64,000 nt of DNA, taken from Patescibacteria group bacterium (lineage in GTDB: Bacteria > Patescibacteriota > Minisyncoccia > Phycocordibacterales > UBA918). The stretch covers positions 30,530-94,529 of the forward strand of contig JBBTRC010000005.1 in the NCBI GenBank assembly GCA_038065355.1, read 5' to 3'. Position numbers and translations under genes: made by a program. Shown here piece by piece: positions 29,101-35,285 of this stretch. The stretch's first letter is position 1. The number at the start of each line of letters is the position of its first letter. The notes below the pieces were generated by a model, which did not search any database, had not been told where the DNA came from, and saw only the letters and a program-made list of their open reading frames with translations.

Positions 29101-30704
29101 CCTCCAAGCAAGCTTCGCCAGCCGCGGATCAAAGCGTTACGTTGTTCGTTATACCGTAGGTTAAATACCGGACGTTCAAATCTGCCAAAGTTGAGTTGTT
29201 CACTGACAAGCGTGGTATAGATGGGAGCTTTAAGATGCGTGAGGGCGGCCGGAAGTCCGCGGGCTTTCAGATCTTCCTTGGTAATGACCCGGGTGTGAAG
29301 TTCGAGCCAGACTGCATCAAGAAACATTCCATCTAAAAACTCACTTTCACCATGGTAGCGAAGCACCACAGTGGTACTTGCGAGTGTTTGCACATTCTTT
29401 ACAACCGGTAAGGCGAACAGGAAGTAGCCGCCATTCTGCGCATTTGATACTTCGTCCTCAAGCAAGATGCCGCCGACTGATTGAAGCTGGCTGCCGTCGC
29501 CATAGAGTACTTCAATGTACGGGGCCGTCCCCGACGCAGGAGATTCAAGCTGCGCCGCAAACGATAACCTAAGCTGCATGCTGTCGATAAATTGACCGGG
29601 TTGAAGCGGCGCGGTGTCAAAACTTGAAAGCGTAATTTCATGGACTGATTGGCCGCTCTGTGTGAGTGGAGTTTCCGGTGCTTCGTCGAGAATGGTACTC
29701 GTCGTTGCAATGCTCGATGTCGCCAGGTTCGCCGTGGTTGACGAGTTGGATGACGCACCGTTTGAGTCAGTAAGCAAAGCGGGCAAAGATGAGCTTGCCT
29801 TCTCTGTGGTAGTAGTTGGTGTCGTTTCTGTTTCCGTAATCGCTATTTCCGTTTCTGTCGTGCTGTCAATCTCGGTCAGAGTGGAATCGACAACAGCCGT
29901 GCTCGCTTCCGATTCTTCGGACGTTATTGGACTGGTGCTCGTCAGTGTAAGCTCCGCCAGCGGAAACAAACCAAAAGCTTGTTCAAACACGCCCCATACG
30001 GTGCGCGCCGTTGTTCCGCTCTCCAATCGCGACACTTCTTCAATAGGAACCGACTCGGCGGGGGGAGGAGTCACCACCTCATCAACCGGTTCTGGTGCTA
30101 CCTCTGGAACGTCGACCGGTGTCGCCGCCTCTTCGCTCGCTTCGCTTTCCTCATTCGCAGTGTCGGTTGGGACTGTCTCGCTGTCAGCCTCGCTCGCCGG
30201 CAAGGATTCTTGTGAAGCTTGTTCATTGGAAGAAGCGGCCGTAGTTGATGACACAGTCGGTGATACGGACGAAGAAGATGAGCTTCCGTGTAATGCGTCA
30301 ATCTTAATTAGAGATGTCGAGCTGGCGTGAGATCTGGTAAAAGAATTTGGCAATATCAGTGCGCCTTGTGGCACGTAGGCAGAGTTTATTGCCGAGAATT
30401 CCTGGTACAAGGCATCGTCGGCCAGATCCTGTGAGAAAACATTTTCAACGCCCGCCCAGTCTGCTGTTTCAGCCTCAACGGGATAGATGTTGACCGTTTG
30501 GATTGTGCCAAAATTCAAAACTTGGTTGCGCTTCGACTCAGCGGTTTCTGAAAGCGAGACATTCACCACAATAAGGAGAAGGAGCGCGACCATTGCCTGC
30601 CACAGCAGTCGACCACTAACAAAACCCCGCATCTCACTTTCAGGCGCTTTAAATAACAGTTTTATGAAATTATGTCTTGTGTTGTGACAGCTTTTTTTCT
30701 TCAC
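14109..30704 (-). CDS. Giant (5531 aa) multidomain surface adhesin: tail-collar-like His repeats, FN3, beta-propeller, three large beta-helix repeats, DUF2341, WxL-like C-terminus
   Basis: Uninterrupted 16.6-kb ORF; signal/TM near the N-terminus; DUF2341-type WYDAAWNARKQ..DFGDLRFTD..EVWVQV..YMYYNNP; 3x LYSQDH..GDL.I.G..WSY.TDFDG. Confidence 0.9.
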   Translation of the reverse strand: MKKKSCHNTRHNFIKLLFKAPESEMRGFVSGRLLWQAMVALLLLIVVNVSLSETAESKRNQVLNFGTIQTVNIYPVEAETADWAGVENVFSQDLADDALYQEFSAINSAYVPQGALILPNSFTRSHASSTSLIKIDALHGSSSSSSVSPTVSSTTAASSNEQASQESLPASEADSETVPTDTANEESEASEEAATPVDVPEVAPEPVDEVVTPPPAESVPIEEVSRLESGTTARTVWGVFEQAFGLFPLAELTLTSTSPITSEESEASTAVVDSTLTEIDSTTETEIAITETETTPTTTTEKASSSLPALLTDSNGASSNSSTTANLATSSIATTSTILDEAPETPLTQSGQSVHEITLSSFDTAPLQPGQFIDSMQLRLSFAAQLESPASGTAPYIEVLYGDGSQLQSVGGILLEDEVSNAQNGGYFLFALPVVKNVQTLASTTVVLRYHGESEFLDGMFLDAVWLELHTRVITKEDLKARGLPAALTHLKAPIYTTLVSEQLNFGRFERPVFNLRYNEQRNALIRGWRSLLGGNVVTVESVLVRHQGEGPIGISPRITTTKEGLITVEFEDEDLAKLRPGNYAVELSLNEGGVVFTDTFSFAWGILSMNPSQSEYQTGETAEISIGALSPNGHTICQASFNLFVTDPAGIITVPAVTESGFCDGNNVIDVPDFSAAVPTTLPGTYELYLERLDENGNVLAFTSDTFLVADDQPLAILRDGPTRIYPPAPYPMNLTVETNRSFTGTLTERIPAEFDVFNTDATITQTGNEKILTWDISILGAGAETVSYDFDAPDLSPYLYNLGPAELINDNQSPTVVSGTSTATSAEPTAASFLEHRQWQIASDAVGNMILFWDNGSAIPTGWTCLSCGSGTFYQRFAYGSSTYNTTGGATTHTHTAVGSVLATTLASTESGSGTIAPVAHTHTYSPTIASASNLPAYRELRVIQYTDAAGEPTDIPTGAIGIFDATVPSGWTRYSAQDGYYIYGGNTPGTTGGGNTHTHAISGTTGTAGGTGTRNRGGGAATGALSTHTHTVGGSTASTSTEPRYIEVILGKLDATTTPPNGLIAMWTEEVDGSWLDISSLSGDPFNQRFLKASTTFSATGGQNTHTNADVTGITSSAPSANSPGNQPGGTAGASGAHTHSVNVNSFSTVSHLPPYLTVVFGKRQGTDPVYTEQAFRWYVNNNAQVPTDPWPSGASDLAENEPVTAVSTPVKEGERIRLRLNTSVSNATSSAGSTFTLQYAAAATCSAAGGWRDVGDISSTTALWRGYNNTSVSDSGTLTSQLLASSTVAETYEENGYASSTPNQITVGDFGEWDFVLQHNNAVPGTNYCFRLVEGDGSAFSTYGNYPQIYTNDAPGTLVLETPFDNEKTASTTPWFEFYATDAESDKIHYEIEIDNNYDFSSPVHDLDTQNASEDDYFENQVLISDKAPFIQGNLIRVIPPSSLTNGTTYYWRVRAEDPDGSADWGNWSTTYSVTVDTALTASAWFQTEDEQFDTNALSGVQTGSDQVSLISGSTTGTMISGAIDFDDGALGTAWDNFVFSDTETAGDIKYQIEYLDTDDTWSLVPDSALTGNSSGFDTSPVSLLTLDTDTYNVLRIVATFTNSGGSPSLQDWTINWGYRVETPTITKLFANEQVGTTTPTFEFTTADPQNDSLTYQLQWSLTPDFTSSTTRTSDTAAGFTNIDTGLDTDPFNSGETIQFTIQPADALSGSTTYWWRVRAKDTTGDDAYSFWTEARSFTMVPGTDVSTWFQTTEEQFDSNILSGTIALSNDTVTVATTATEAMLVYGEGTETQPRYRQWDGSLWGSEGTLLDIGAPLRRVVVEAGATREEYVAATAGSDADVNVQVFATGEWANLLELTTNVGNINAQGFDIAYETNSGDALVAYCDGDADPSYYIWNGSGWTSGGTINLNSTSNCEWLQLAADPTSDEIVFLARDAAGNQYEAQVWSGSSWGNATTQGSIVDTAHEGMAVMYEESGGQALIVTSDGNPARFRWNSWNGTTWGTAATEAIGDDLEWARLSRDVGSDAMVLCYQDEDTAAGVVRWTGSAWAGQTELVTDANGNAKTDPGFDCVYEDTTGRNGYIMTAISTTTAVGYFTYNASTWSSISNVDTLGDNATLQLARAGDNTILGVFFDDPSDTYQASTWNGTTWSSLSALETNASVDTSPFGHPYSLAPRNPGREGTTVVSPALDFNDGTGPYWDSFSWNDATPGTSVASYHLEYYTATGSWAFIPDADLPGNVAGTTTGPFDLSNLNTNTYNVIRPYAELACDGSGNCPSISDWKIDWAGGITVSGTIAEYDQATAVTSGTVAVAVNGVLQTGKTGTVGGGTWSISNVTAFPGDVVSVFVTSAPDANEAVGVTRYDGQGDIDGMVLYERHLTLGSNDATTTPLTDADIGLYDFTNTEDVFFDLSGSTLSLCAGGGCTDVELHILADTYYTPGGRFVTHDFENNGIFVAGSYTHEVNGSWDNNATTTLTGSTVVFSATSTSETIDNTGAVNTTFANLTFGTTTGSGAWTPLTALDVDGNLSVNRGTLARGTTAITVAGNVVTGVSGFWTGIGTTTFDGNTASTWNDQNVVKQNVGHVVVDGTSKIVTLAGTVTAESITIGANDTLDASTSNFDITVYGRWNNQNNFVSRSGEVRFAATSSTHAITTAGDAFYDLTFNGSGGSWSFTEPTLHASNDVQVTAGTVTLPTATTTVGGSFLVTSGTFAHNNGTLYFTSNAAETLTFAGGTFTNVANNLTFNGGGSWTVLDINATSTNDVRVLQGTLNFPAGVFAIGGTLIDGGGSFAGGTGTLLFYSSVAEVLTTGGSTYHSVQFDGSGSWSFSDTTATMTGDLFIAQGTLSLPSATLALGGSYQNAASVLPGSGTILFNSTDAGEIVDFGNSALYNVTFNSMTGGWTIAAPATTTNSFALTNASDFTLAPSQTLSVGATFTNNVGGASTTWTGATLALRSGSYSLNSKVDNGDAYHTISVGTSTQVAMWYSSATTYSTQSGGALYSQDHGAVDGDLYIFGDYTRTSGTEHWSYATDFDGASLAGGSERAIDVRFASDATASFTDSTLSITGTSTASTTIRNQSTGTYTVAVTGGTTTAQYYEFTDLGLSGLSLLGGTYVSNLRDGSYTVAAGGGTAITLSSTTINANPAKQIFNVNFATTTAISATNVAQTDGAPTSFWWFREGSGNLYGENFDNDTGDPGSVRFDDSSLAITVAGTVYSDAGTTPLVGGTCDGVDQVVRVVVENGASYTGSCSNVDGTYSIGGIVIVGDPTLTIYLDDASGDERGSVVTRTPTADITDLDIYVNRVIVRNEDTEALTIANLATYDFSNDTDLRYLAATTSNPNTLTTLAGTELFVFASSTFTPNGVVTLAANAAANSYDGTLYLGENATMNAYSTSTLTIGGRLVLENGATFDAASTTVHMNATSSGKSITASSTIAFNELEFNGSGGSWNVGADIVTNGDLTLTAGTVTGTGDITLQNGSLSGNGILSFGAGTTTIANTNTLGGTSPWTFYNLQLGDGIDIGTTTPVFTSTTTISGRLTIAPAHFLDAGGTAWDLAGTGTVFIENGTLLEDTSTIRYSGAGANVLSTRYYNLELNAAVGSPTYTATGLGIIVDNDLSIGGAAATTFNLSTSDPALDVNGDVFIESNGTLGASDTASFTVAGNYENNGVFTSNNGTLTFDGAGTQIIAAGTSSFGNVVINTTGDITITEHATATVAWRLLNANTFTAGSGQVLAVGGTFVNDEGGAATTWTGATLRLYGGGNYSINTATTTDSYDTLSIGDTTQIRMWNSSAGTYDVESTASLYSQDHGAQNGDLYIWGAYRKSTGTDHWSYSTDFDGTNLSGSERQTDVYFAPGASALYTGGALAVYGVSSASTTLQNQGAGTYALTIGGTASTSLRYYEVRDTGSDGIIFTGLPQVTTLSNGDFGVSQTGGSAITVGGSVITNNPAKNFTQNRFALDGVGSAFNVTATGTTVSAWRFANHYGDIDGEANDVDPGGDPGYVAWDDSAALITVAGAVYSDEGTTVSNVCDGSSNVIVLTVAGITSYTASCNATTGAYSISNVSYGTTDSLVVYISGTSSEGATVTKEPISNIGDLDIYENRVIVRHENVNPITIADLAVWDSGDDADIPFTAVNAGTDTLILPANRKLIVWDAKEFAPSGNVTVAGGGAGADYDGTLELHADALWTGQGTETLSVGGSMILGNNADFVSSNGTTTFTTTGAARTIDVNEHSFHHLDFTGSGSWVISDNTLTVDGNLRKSAGALTFPIGTSTFAGSLVQTGGTFDANGGHALFTGSGIVTEGGSDLAGVTFSGAAYTWGDTNATTTGVFTVESGTITLPSGRLTVGGDFANTGGSIIHNTADLKLINATTATLLASSSDLYAVNFAGGGAYTMLDEDITFLDSVFITDGNVTLASGTLSVGGSFDASGGTFSHASNTVLFNSSDSGEFIDPGVSSFYNVQIGAPTGGYTLAASATTTNNFTLASASSFTLQSGATLKVEGVFLNSVGGAATTWTGSALALDGANAYSLNTKTTGGDVYDGLTIGAASDIRMWNSRATSTVAANASLYSQDHNAVDGALNIYGDFTIGTTSEYWSYATDFDGVSLLGSERVVTVQHEANATTTLLSGSLAVVGESGNETTITNQGSGTYSVNVAGGTLNAQRYIFRNLGANGLSLSGTPAITSLSYGDFELAVDGGTLLTLSSTTLNANASMVHTGNRFATTTAISGANITMTGSTSNAWTFVSHTGNLDGEAFDVDGVDDCGSVRWSDSACLLTQQTGYRWRNDDGGLGVPDSEWYDAAWNARKQVRVVNADATNYTNAAVQLYVEYDSDMQADFGDLRFTDESGTTTLPFWIGSTTASTIAEVWVQVATLPAEETATVYMYYNNPTATTTSSSTDVFIAADDFEDDDISEYSGQTSLFNTGTSFAYDGTYGLDNSGNTTGRANLGGIYRFGQTVSQGETIRFWQYVDTAGTSDETCTKFAVQGTNVPNDNYAVCVELPGTDHIAVVEDVTENESSGATLATADVSFTTGWYEFELDWGTDDTLFLSLYDASHSLVATTSATDSSYTSGGIGFTYWFNQGGFDSFSSRPTLATEPTILFGAEQADGGASFAAAQNTAATFSVTDTARLRVVVENSGLAIGGQEFRLEFASQDTAPSCEAVDEADYAPVPPQASCGTSAVCMQTSNNVTDSASVADLLVNAEGAFTAGEVREDPSNTTSAIDVDQNEYTELEYVITPTSNVIDENLCFRVTDNGTFYDTYLQVAKMSLRFDPIVDSITLNNGEAISLLPGTTTAVVATGTVTDLNGYTDLSHATGTFYRGGVVGGASCAVDNNNCYSVGGSACTFTDCAGDSCTVSCQADIYFHADPTDTGSAYDGEEWFAFLEVEDTGGGYDFGTSIGQELNTLRAIDIDGAIDYGSVAVTEDTGSVNATTSIENQGNVEINIEVEGTDMTDGYSSTIPSTKQKFATSTFTYSGCGASCNLLSSTTPVVLNVDLSKPTTTTPPVADTVYWGIAVPFGVNSAPHQGQNVFTPVGP

Positions 30705-30817
30705 GCGTACAAGCCCACCCGTTTCAAAAGTTAGAAAACGGGCTAATTATAAGTATACCGCGCAAAGCTTTTCTCTGTGCGCGGTATTCTTACTTTTTGG
30801 GGATAGGGACTGTAGTG

Positions 30818-32356
30818 TTACTTCAAAATTGACTTTACGTCATTAATTTCTTTTTCGATCAAGGTTTCCGAAACTTCAAGCGCTTGAGCTAGACCTTCCA
30901 CTGCCTGCTTTTCATTCTTGGAAAGTCGTTTGCGTTTGGTAATAGTGTTCACTTGGTCGTAAATTTCGTCACGAAGCGCCGAAAATATTTTTTCCATTTG
31001 ATCTTGTATTTCTCTTGTCTCCCGACGAAGTTTTTCTTCTTTTTCCCTCAGCTGTTTATGCTCGTACCAGTAGTACACGATTTGAAGTAGAATTATAACA
31101 ATCAAGAACGCGATGAAGAGGTTCGTTGGAGTAAGAAAGTCGAACAACGACACCTCCTCCACCACTTCAACGGGCTTTACCCAGCCAGCCGTTATGAGTA
31201 CGGCGGTACTGCCTTCCCGCACGTTGCCGGCTTTGTCGGTCGCCACTACCTTTACGGTGTAGGTGCCATCTTCAAGTTCCTTCAGCAAATACCCAAGTCG
31301 TGCCTCATCAGGAGTGATGTGAATTGGCTCTTTATTGGCCACCGTCATATCGTAGTACTCGATACCGGAGGTAAGATCCTTCGCCTCAAAGACTATAAGT
31401 GGGAACGAGTTTGGTGTGGTACCCGCGCGTACGCTGATAGCAAACGGTTGCGGCGGCTGTGTGTCGATTTGCAACTTGCGGTTCGTGACCGCGCCCCAGC
31501 CAACTTGGTTTTGGAAGTTTACGCTCACGTACTGAACGCCCTCTTTTAGCAACTCACTGGACACCGCAAATTCTTCAACCGGCGGATCGAGGACTGCATC
31601 TTCATTCTCTTCAGGTTTGTTGTCACTGTCGCTCGCAATCTCGACCGCAACCGCCGTTATATCGAATGGGAGTGTCCAGGTGAAGACTCCCTCGGTTTTG
31701 TTGTACCACACGTCTGGATCAAGGAAAGTCTGTGAGCCAACTTCCGGAGGCCGCGGAGGATCGCCAAAGATAATGGCTTCGTCCTCGTCAGTGTTTGGCG
31801 TTGGTGTGACCGAAGAAGGAGGCGGGGTTGGTGTCGGAGTTGGTGTCGCCGCACCAGTGATTGTATAGTTTCCGCCGGTTGAGTTCTTATACACATCGGT
31901 GCCGCGTCCATCAGCGGCCAAGACAGAGGCGTTACTGAAAGTGACACTGCCGGCTCCCTGTGCCACCGTACGGAAGGTGATCGTCAGAATATTTGATGTA
32001 TTGCTAAATGGAGTCGGACTACCGCCGCCGAAGCTCACCGTACCATTGGCGTTTGAAAAAGTTGGTTCGGTCGTCCAGAGCGAAAACACCGACCCGTCCT
32101 TACTCACACTCACTACCGAAAGCGCTTTAGGATCAAATTTTAGCGTCGACTCAACCGCGTTTACGTTGTCCCCATTGGGGGCAACCTTGACTACGGTGGT
32201 GAAAGTCTGGCCTGCGGCGTACGTCCCGGTACTCGGCGTGAGGGACAAGTCGGCAGCAAACACACTCGTATGAAAGGCAAAGAAAAACAAACCGACCACT
32301 AACGGGAGTAAGTGCAGTTTGAATTTCTGTAATAATGTTGGAAGGGACTGTGACAT
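30818..32356 (-). CDS. Membrane-anchored cohesin-domain protein
   Basis: ADLSLTP..VNAVESTLKF..SVFSLWTTEPTFSN..VSFGGG..VLAADG; PTPTP linker; TM; coiled-coil tail homologous to 479..2233. Confidence 0.8.
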   Translation of the reverse strand: MSQSLPTLLQKFKLHLLPLVVGLFFFAFHTSVFAADLSLTPSTGTYAAGQTFTTVVKVAPNGDNVNAVESTLKFDPKALSVVSVSKDGSVFSLWTTEPTFSNANGTVSFGGGSPTPFSNTSNILTITFRTVAQGAGSVTFSNASVLAADGRGTDVYKNSTGGNYTITGAATPTPTPTPPPSSVTPTPNTDEDEAIIFGDPPRPPEVGSQTFLDPDVWYNKTEGVFTWTLPFDITAVAVEIASDSDNKPEENEDAVLDPPVEEFAVSSELLKEGVQYVSVNFQNQVGWGAVTNRKLQIDTQPPQPFAISVRAGTTPNSFPLIVFEAKDLTSGIEYYDMTVANKEPIHITPDEARLGYLLKELEDGTYTVKVVATDKAGNVREGSTAVLITAGWVKPVEVVEEVSLFDFLTPTNLFIAFLIVIILLQIVYYWYEHKQLREKEEKLRRETREIQDQMEKIFSALRDEIYDQVNTITKRKRLSKNEKQAVEGLAQALEVSETLIEKEINDVKSILK

Positions 32357-32381
32357 AAGAACTGAAAGAGCTGGTCGTTGA

Positions 32382-32855
32382 TTATTCTTTTTGAGACACC
32401 GTTCCCTTGGTGCCTCGAGTGACTTTTAATTTTACTTTCTCCTTCTCACCCGGCTTCAGCAATGGAAGAATGAGGATGAGAACACCATTTTTAATTTTTG
32501 CTTCGGCTTTCTCAATGTTGACACTTTCCGGCAGAATAATGCGCCGGTAAAAATCTCCCCACACGCACTCTTCTGCAACGAACGCTCCTTTGACTTTGGT
32601 TTTGGGGAACACGATGTACTCCGGCCGCACACGCTTTCCTTCGATGAGGACAATGTCAGCGTCACCCTCAATCGAGACGTGCACATCGTTCATATCAGCA
32701 CCAGCAGATTGTGCGTACACGACAATCATGTGTTCATTTTGGAACACATCGACGTGTAGTTGCGCCACTTTATCAACCGCGGTTTCTTCCGCATCTGATT
32801 GTAGCGATTCGCCGGATCGAACTCCCCTCCCCTTAAGCCGCTGCAGAAAAGACAT
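32382..32855 (-). CDS. Hsp20/alpha-crystallin small heat shock protein
   Basis: VDVFQ..ECVWGDFYRRIILP..AKIKNGVLILILP. Confidence 0.9.
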   Translation of the reverse strand: MSFLQRLKGRGVRSGESLQSDAEETAVDKVAQLHVDVFQNEHMIVVYAQSAGADMNDVHVSIEGDADIVLIEGKRVRPEYIVFPKTKVKGAFVAEECVWGDFYRRIILPESVNIEKAEAKIKNGVLILILPLLKPGEKEKVKLKVTRGTKGTVSQKE

Positions 32856-32918
32856 ACTTCTACATTATATAGTGTAGTTTTTCTTTTTAACTCACTTTTA
32901 CCCACACACGGAAAGTGC

Positions 32919-34814
32919 TTAACCCGTCCAATTGAAGAGCATGATTGAAAAGTCGGTGAGGTTTACACGACCGTCGCGGTTGATATCGGCCGGTGGATCT
33001 GAATCTCCGCCGCTCCCATTCCACCAAAACAGCAAAATTGAAAAGTCGGTGAGGTTTACACGACCGTCGCGGTTGAGGTCTGCGTTCAGTGGTACCGACG
33101 CTGACTGTCCGACGCCATAGAACGTGTAGTTCGAAAAGTTCGTACTCACGCCGCTGGTTTGTACAGATTTTGCTCGTACCTGGTAGGTACCGACGGAAAA
33201 GCCGTCTGTGTTTGTGGTGGCTGTCCACTTGCCGCTAGCATCCGCTGTCGCAGTGATAGCTGTACCACCAGTATTCACTTTGCCATTCTCGAGGGTGATG
33301 TTGGAATTTGGAAGACCGTACCCAGAAAACGTGACTGTTTGCCCAGGTGAGACTGGATTCGGACTTACTTTTATTGAGGGTGCTACGTTCACATTTGAAA
33401 GCGTGGAGGTTCGGGCACCAGTGACTGTAAATGATGTACTAAATGTCGAAGAACGGACAGCGTCAGGACCCTCGGCGTAGACGCCGAAGGTGTAGGCACC
33501 ACGGGCTATTTCGTCGAGTGTGAGAGAATACACGCCGGTGCTATTACTTCTTACCGTTTGTGCAACCTTGCCATCAACTAAAGTGGTAACGGTGCTGTTT
33601 GGGTAGGCATGTCCGGAAATGATGACTCGGCCGTCACCGCTTTGGTATGGTGCATCAGTTGATTCAAAACCGCCTCCAGCCGTATCGCCATCGTCTCCAC
33701 CCGAACCTCCTCCGCCACCACCACCCGAACCACCCGAACCCTCATCTTCACCCTCTTCCGGTTCTTCGCCGTCCGAACCGCCCGTGCTGCCGCCGGCACC
33801 GCTACCGGTTCCCGAGCCTTCATTTCCCGAACCGGTACCACTACCCTCAACGTCTCCTTCGGTATTTGGATCGCCGGTTGGAGTATCGTTGACTGTAAAC
33901 GTAATTATGAAGTCGTCGGTGTTAAAGTTGCCTTCGTCGTCGATACAGCGCACATAGAAAGTCTCTGTGGTGTTCGGTGTCACCGATACCACCTGTGAAT
34001 GGAAAACGAAGCCGGTGTTCGCGAAAACTAGCGACATTGAATTGAAATCGGTACCAGCCACAGTATCGTACCGACAGACAGCCAATTCGTCAGTCTCAAG
34101 CGAGAGTTCGACGCTCAGCGTGGTACCACCAACCGTACTGGTCGGTGCTCCGTTAAAGCGGTATGGCGGCACGACCTCGGTAGTGTCTACGTTCGGCACC
34201 GACACCTTTTCGACAATCGCAATTAAGAAGCCGGCGCGGGCGACGAGACCACCGTCATAGATTTCCATACGCACCTCATGGGTGCCCACTGTAGCCGAGT
34301 TCACGATTGGCTCCACGTCGCCAGCGGTCGTAGTCGTGCCAGTCGAGGTGCTGTAAGTAACAGAAGCCGGTACTGCATTTGATGTGTGATTGCCAACTCG
34401 AAACTGAATACGCTCCCCATTGCTTAACCCCGAGTCCGGCGCTAGTGTGTACCGTAGTAAGCCAGGGGTTCCTGGAGTAATCTCCACTTGGTCTACGCCG
34501 GCGGCGGCTGTGGCCGCCGCCGGCCTCGGCGTGCCGTCCACATACATTTCAACATTTCTTATAGCAAAGGTGGAAGTGGCCAATATTTCAAACCCAGCTG
34601 GCGGAGTAATCTCGATGACGCCCCCCGGCGACACGTCCGTGTTGAGCCGAAAATCAAACGTGTGGTTGGATTGGAAATTAGGGCCGGAGTCACTAAGCGT
34701 GTCTTTGTACTCAAGAATATTAAGCGCCTCTACTCGTCCTGCAGTCAGTAAAGATAGTACTCCGAGTACGAGTACAAGTGCCAAAAACGTCCACGCTTTC
34801 TGTACGGCGCTCAT
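32919..34814 (-). CDS. Adaptor-like secreted protein: subunit-like N-domain, Ig domains and a C-terminal dockerin
   Basis: KDTLSDSGPNFQSNHTFDF resembles SDTLSDSAPTVASDHTIVF of the subunits; DLNRDGRVNLTDFS / DINRDGRVNLTDFS dockerin. Confidence 0.82.
   Translation of the reverse strand: MSAVQKAWTFLALVLVLGVLSLLTAGRVEALNILEYKDTLSDSGPNFQSNHTFDFRLNTDVSPGGVIEITPPAGFEILATSTFAIRNVEMYVDGTPRPAAATAAAGVDQVEITPGTPGLLRYTLAPDSGLSNGERIQFRVGNHTSNAVPASVTYSTSTGTTTTAGDVEPIVNSATVGTHEVRMEIYDGGLVARAGFLIAIVEKVSVPNVDTTEVVPPYRFNGAPTSTVGGTTLSVELSLETDELAVCRYDTVAGTDFNSMSLVFANTGFVFHSQVVSVTPNTTETFYVRCIDDEGNFNTDDFIITFTVNDTPTGDPNTEGDVEGSGTGSGNEGSGTGSGAGGSTGGSDGEEPEEGEDEGSGGSGGGGGGGSGGDDGDTAGGGFESTDAPYQSGDGRVIISGHAYPNSTVTTLVDGKVAQTVRSNSTGVYSLTLDEIARGAYTFGVYAEGPDAVRSSTFSTSFTVTGARTSTLSNVNVAPSIKVSPNPVSPGQTVTFSGYGLPNSNITLENGKVNTGGTAITATADASGKWTATTNTDGFSVGTYQVRAKSVQTSGVSTNFSNYTFYGVGQSASVPLNADLNRDGRVNLTDFSILLFWWNGSGGDSDPPADINRDGRVNLTDFSIMLFNWTG
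32944..33076. repeat. Identical 40-nt direct repeat in the two dockerin halves
   Basis: 32944-32983 equals 33037-33076. Confidence 0.9.
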
Positions 34815-34858
34815 TGCCTATATATTGTACCGTTCCCGAATGGCCAAAAACGAATGTA

Positions 34859-35260
34859 TTACACAGTTACGGCGTTTCTTTCTTCGCGCGAGCGCAAGTA
34901 GTCTAGCGTATAGTTCAACAAAATGAGCACCAGCAAAATAAACAAGATACTGGCAAGGACGTAGGTTGAGTAATTTTCACTTCCCCCAGAGCCAAGCCCG
35001 ATGTTGAGCTCGCGTTCTTTGAGCGCCGCCTCGCGAGCGTCAAGTTCCCGCTTTTGCGCGGTAAGCTCGGCCGTGAGCTGATTTAATTCGGTCGGCGCAA
35101 CACTGGCACCTACCCCAATGACACTTGCCACATAAGACTGCGTACCATGAGAAAGTACGGCAGTGCGGCTAAACAGAAGTCCGCTATCAAACACGAGTAC
35201 CAGCGCCAGCACGAGCGCGCCTACACGAAGCAATTTATGATAGTGCGTGTGTTCCATCAC
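34859..35260 (-). CDS. Small TM-coiled coil-TM membrane protein
   Basis: Two hydrophobic segments flanking ELNQLTAELTAQKRELDAREAALKERE. Confidence 0.8.
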   Translation of the reverse strand: MMEHTHYHKLLRVGALVLALVLVFDSGLLFSRTAVLSHGTQSYVASVIGVGASVAPTELNQLTAELTAQKRELDAREAALKERELNIGLGSGGSENYSTYVLASILFILLVLILLNYTLDYLRSREERNAVTV

Positions 35261-35285
35261 ACATATATTGTACCAAAACTTGTAG

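Noticed and set aside
12463-33076. Near-identical repeats considered as DGR template/variable repeats
   Set aside because: No reverse transcriptase in the window; the differences are synonymous or absent and not adenine-specific
479-34814. True cellulosome
   Set aside because: The dockerin proteins have no recognisable catalytic CAZyme domain and each scaffold has a single cohesin; the only GH (GH18) has no dockerin
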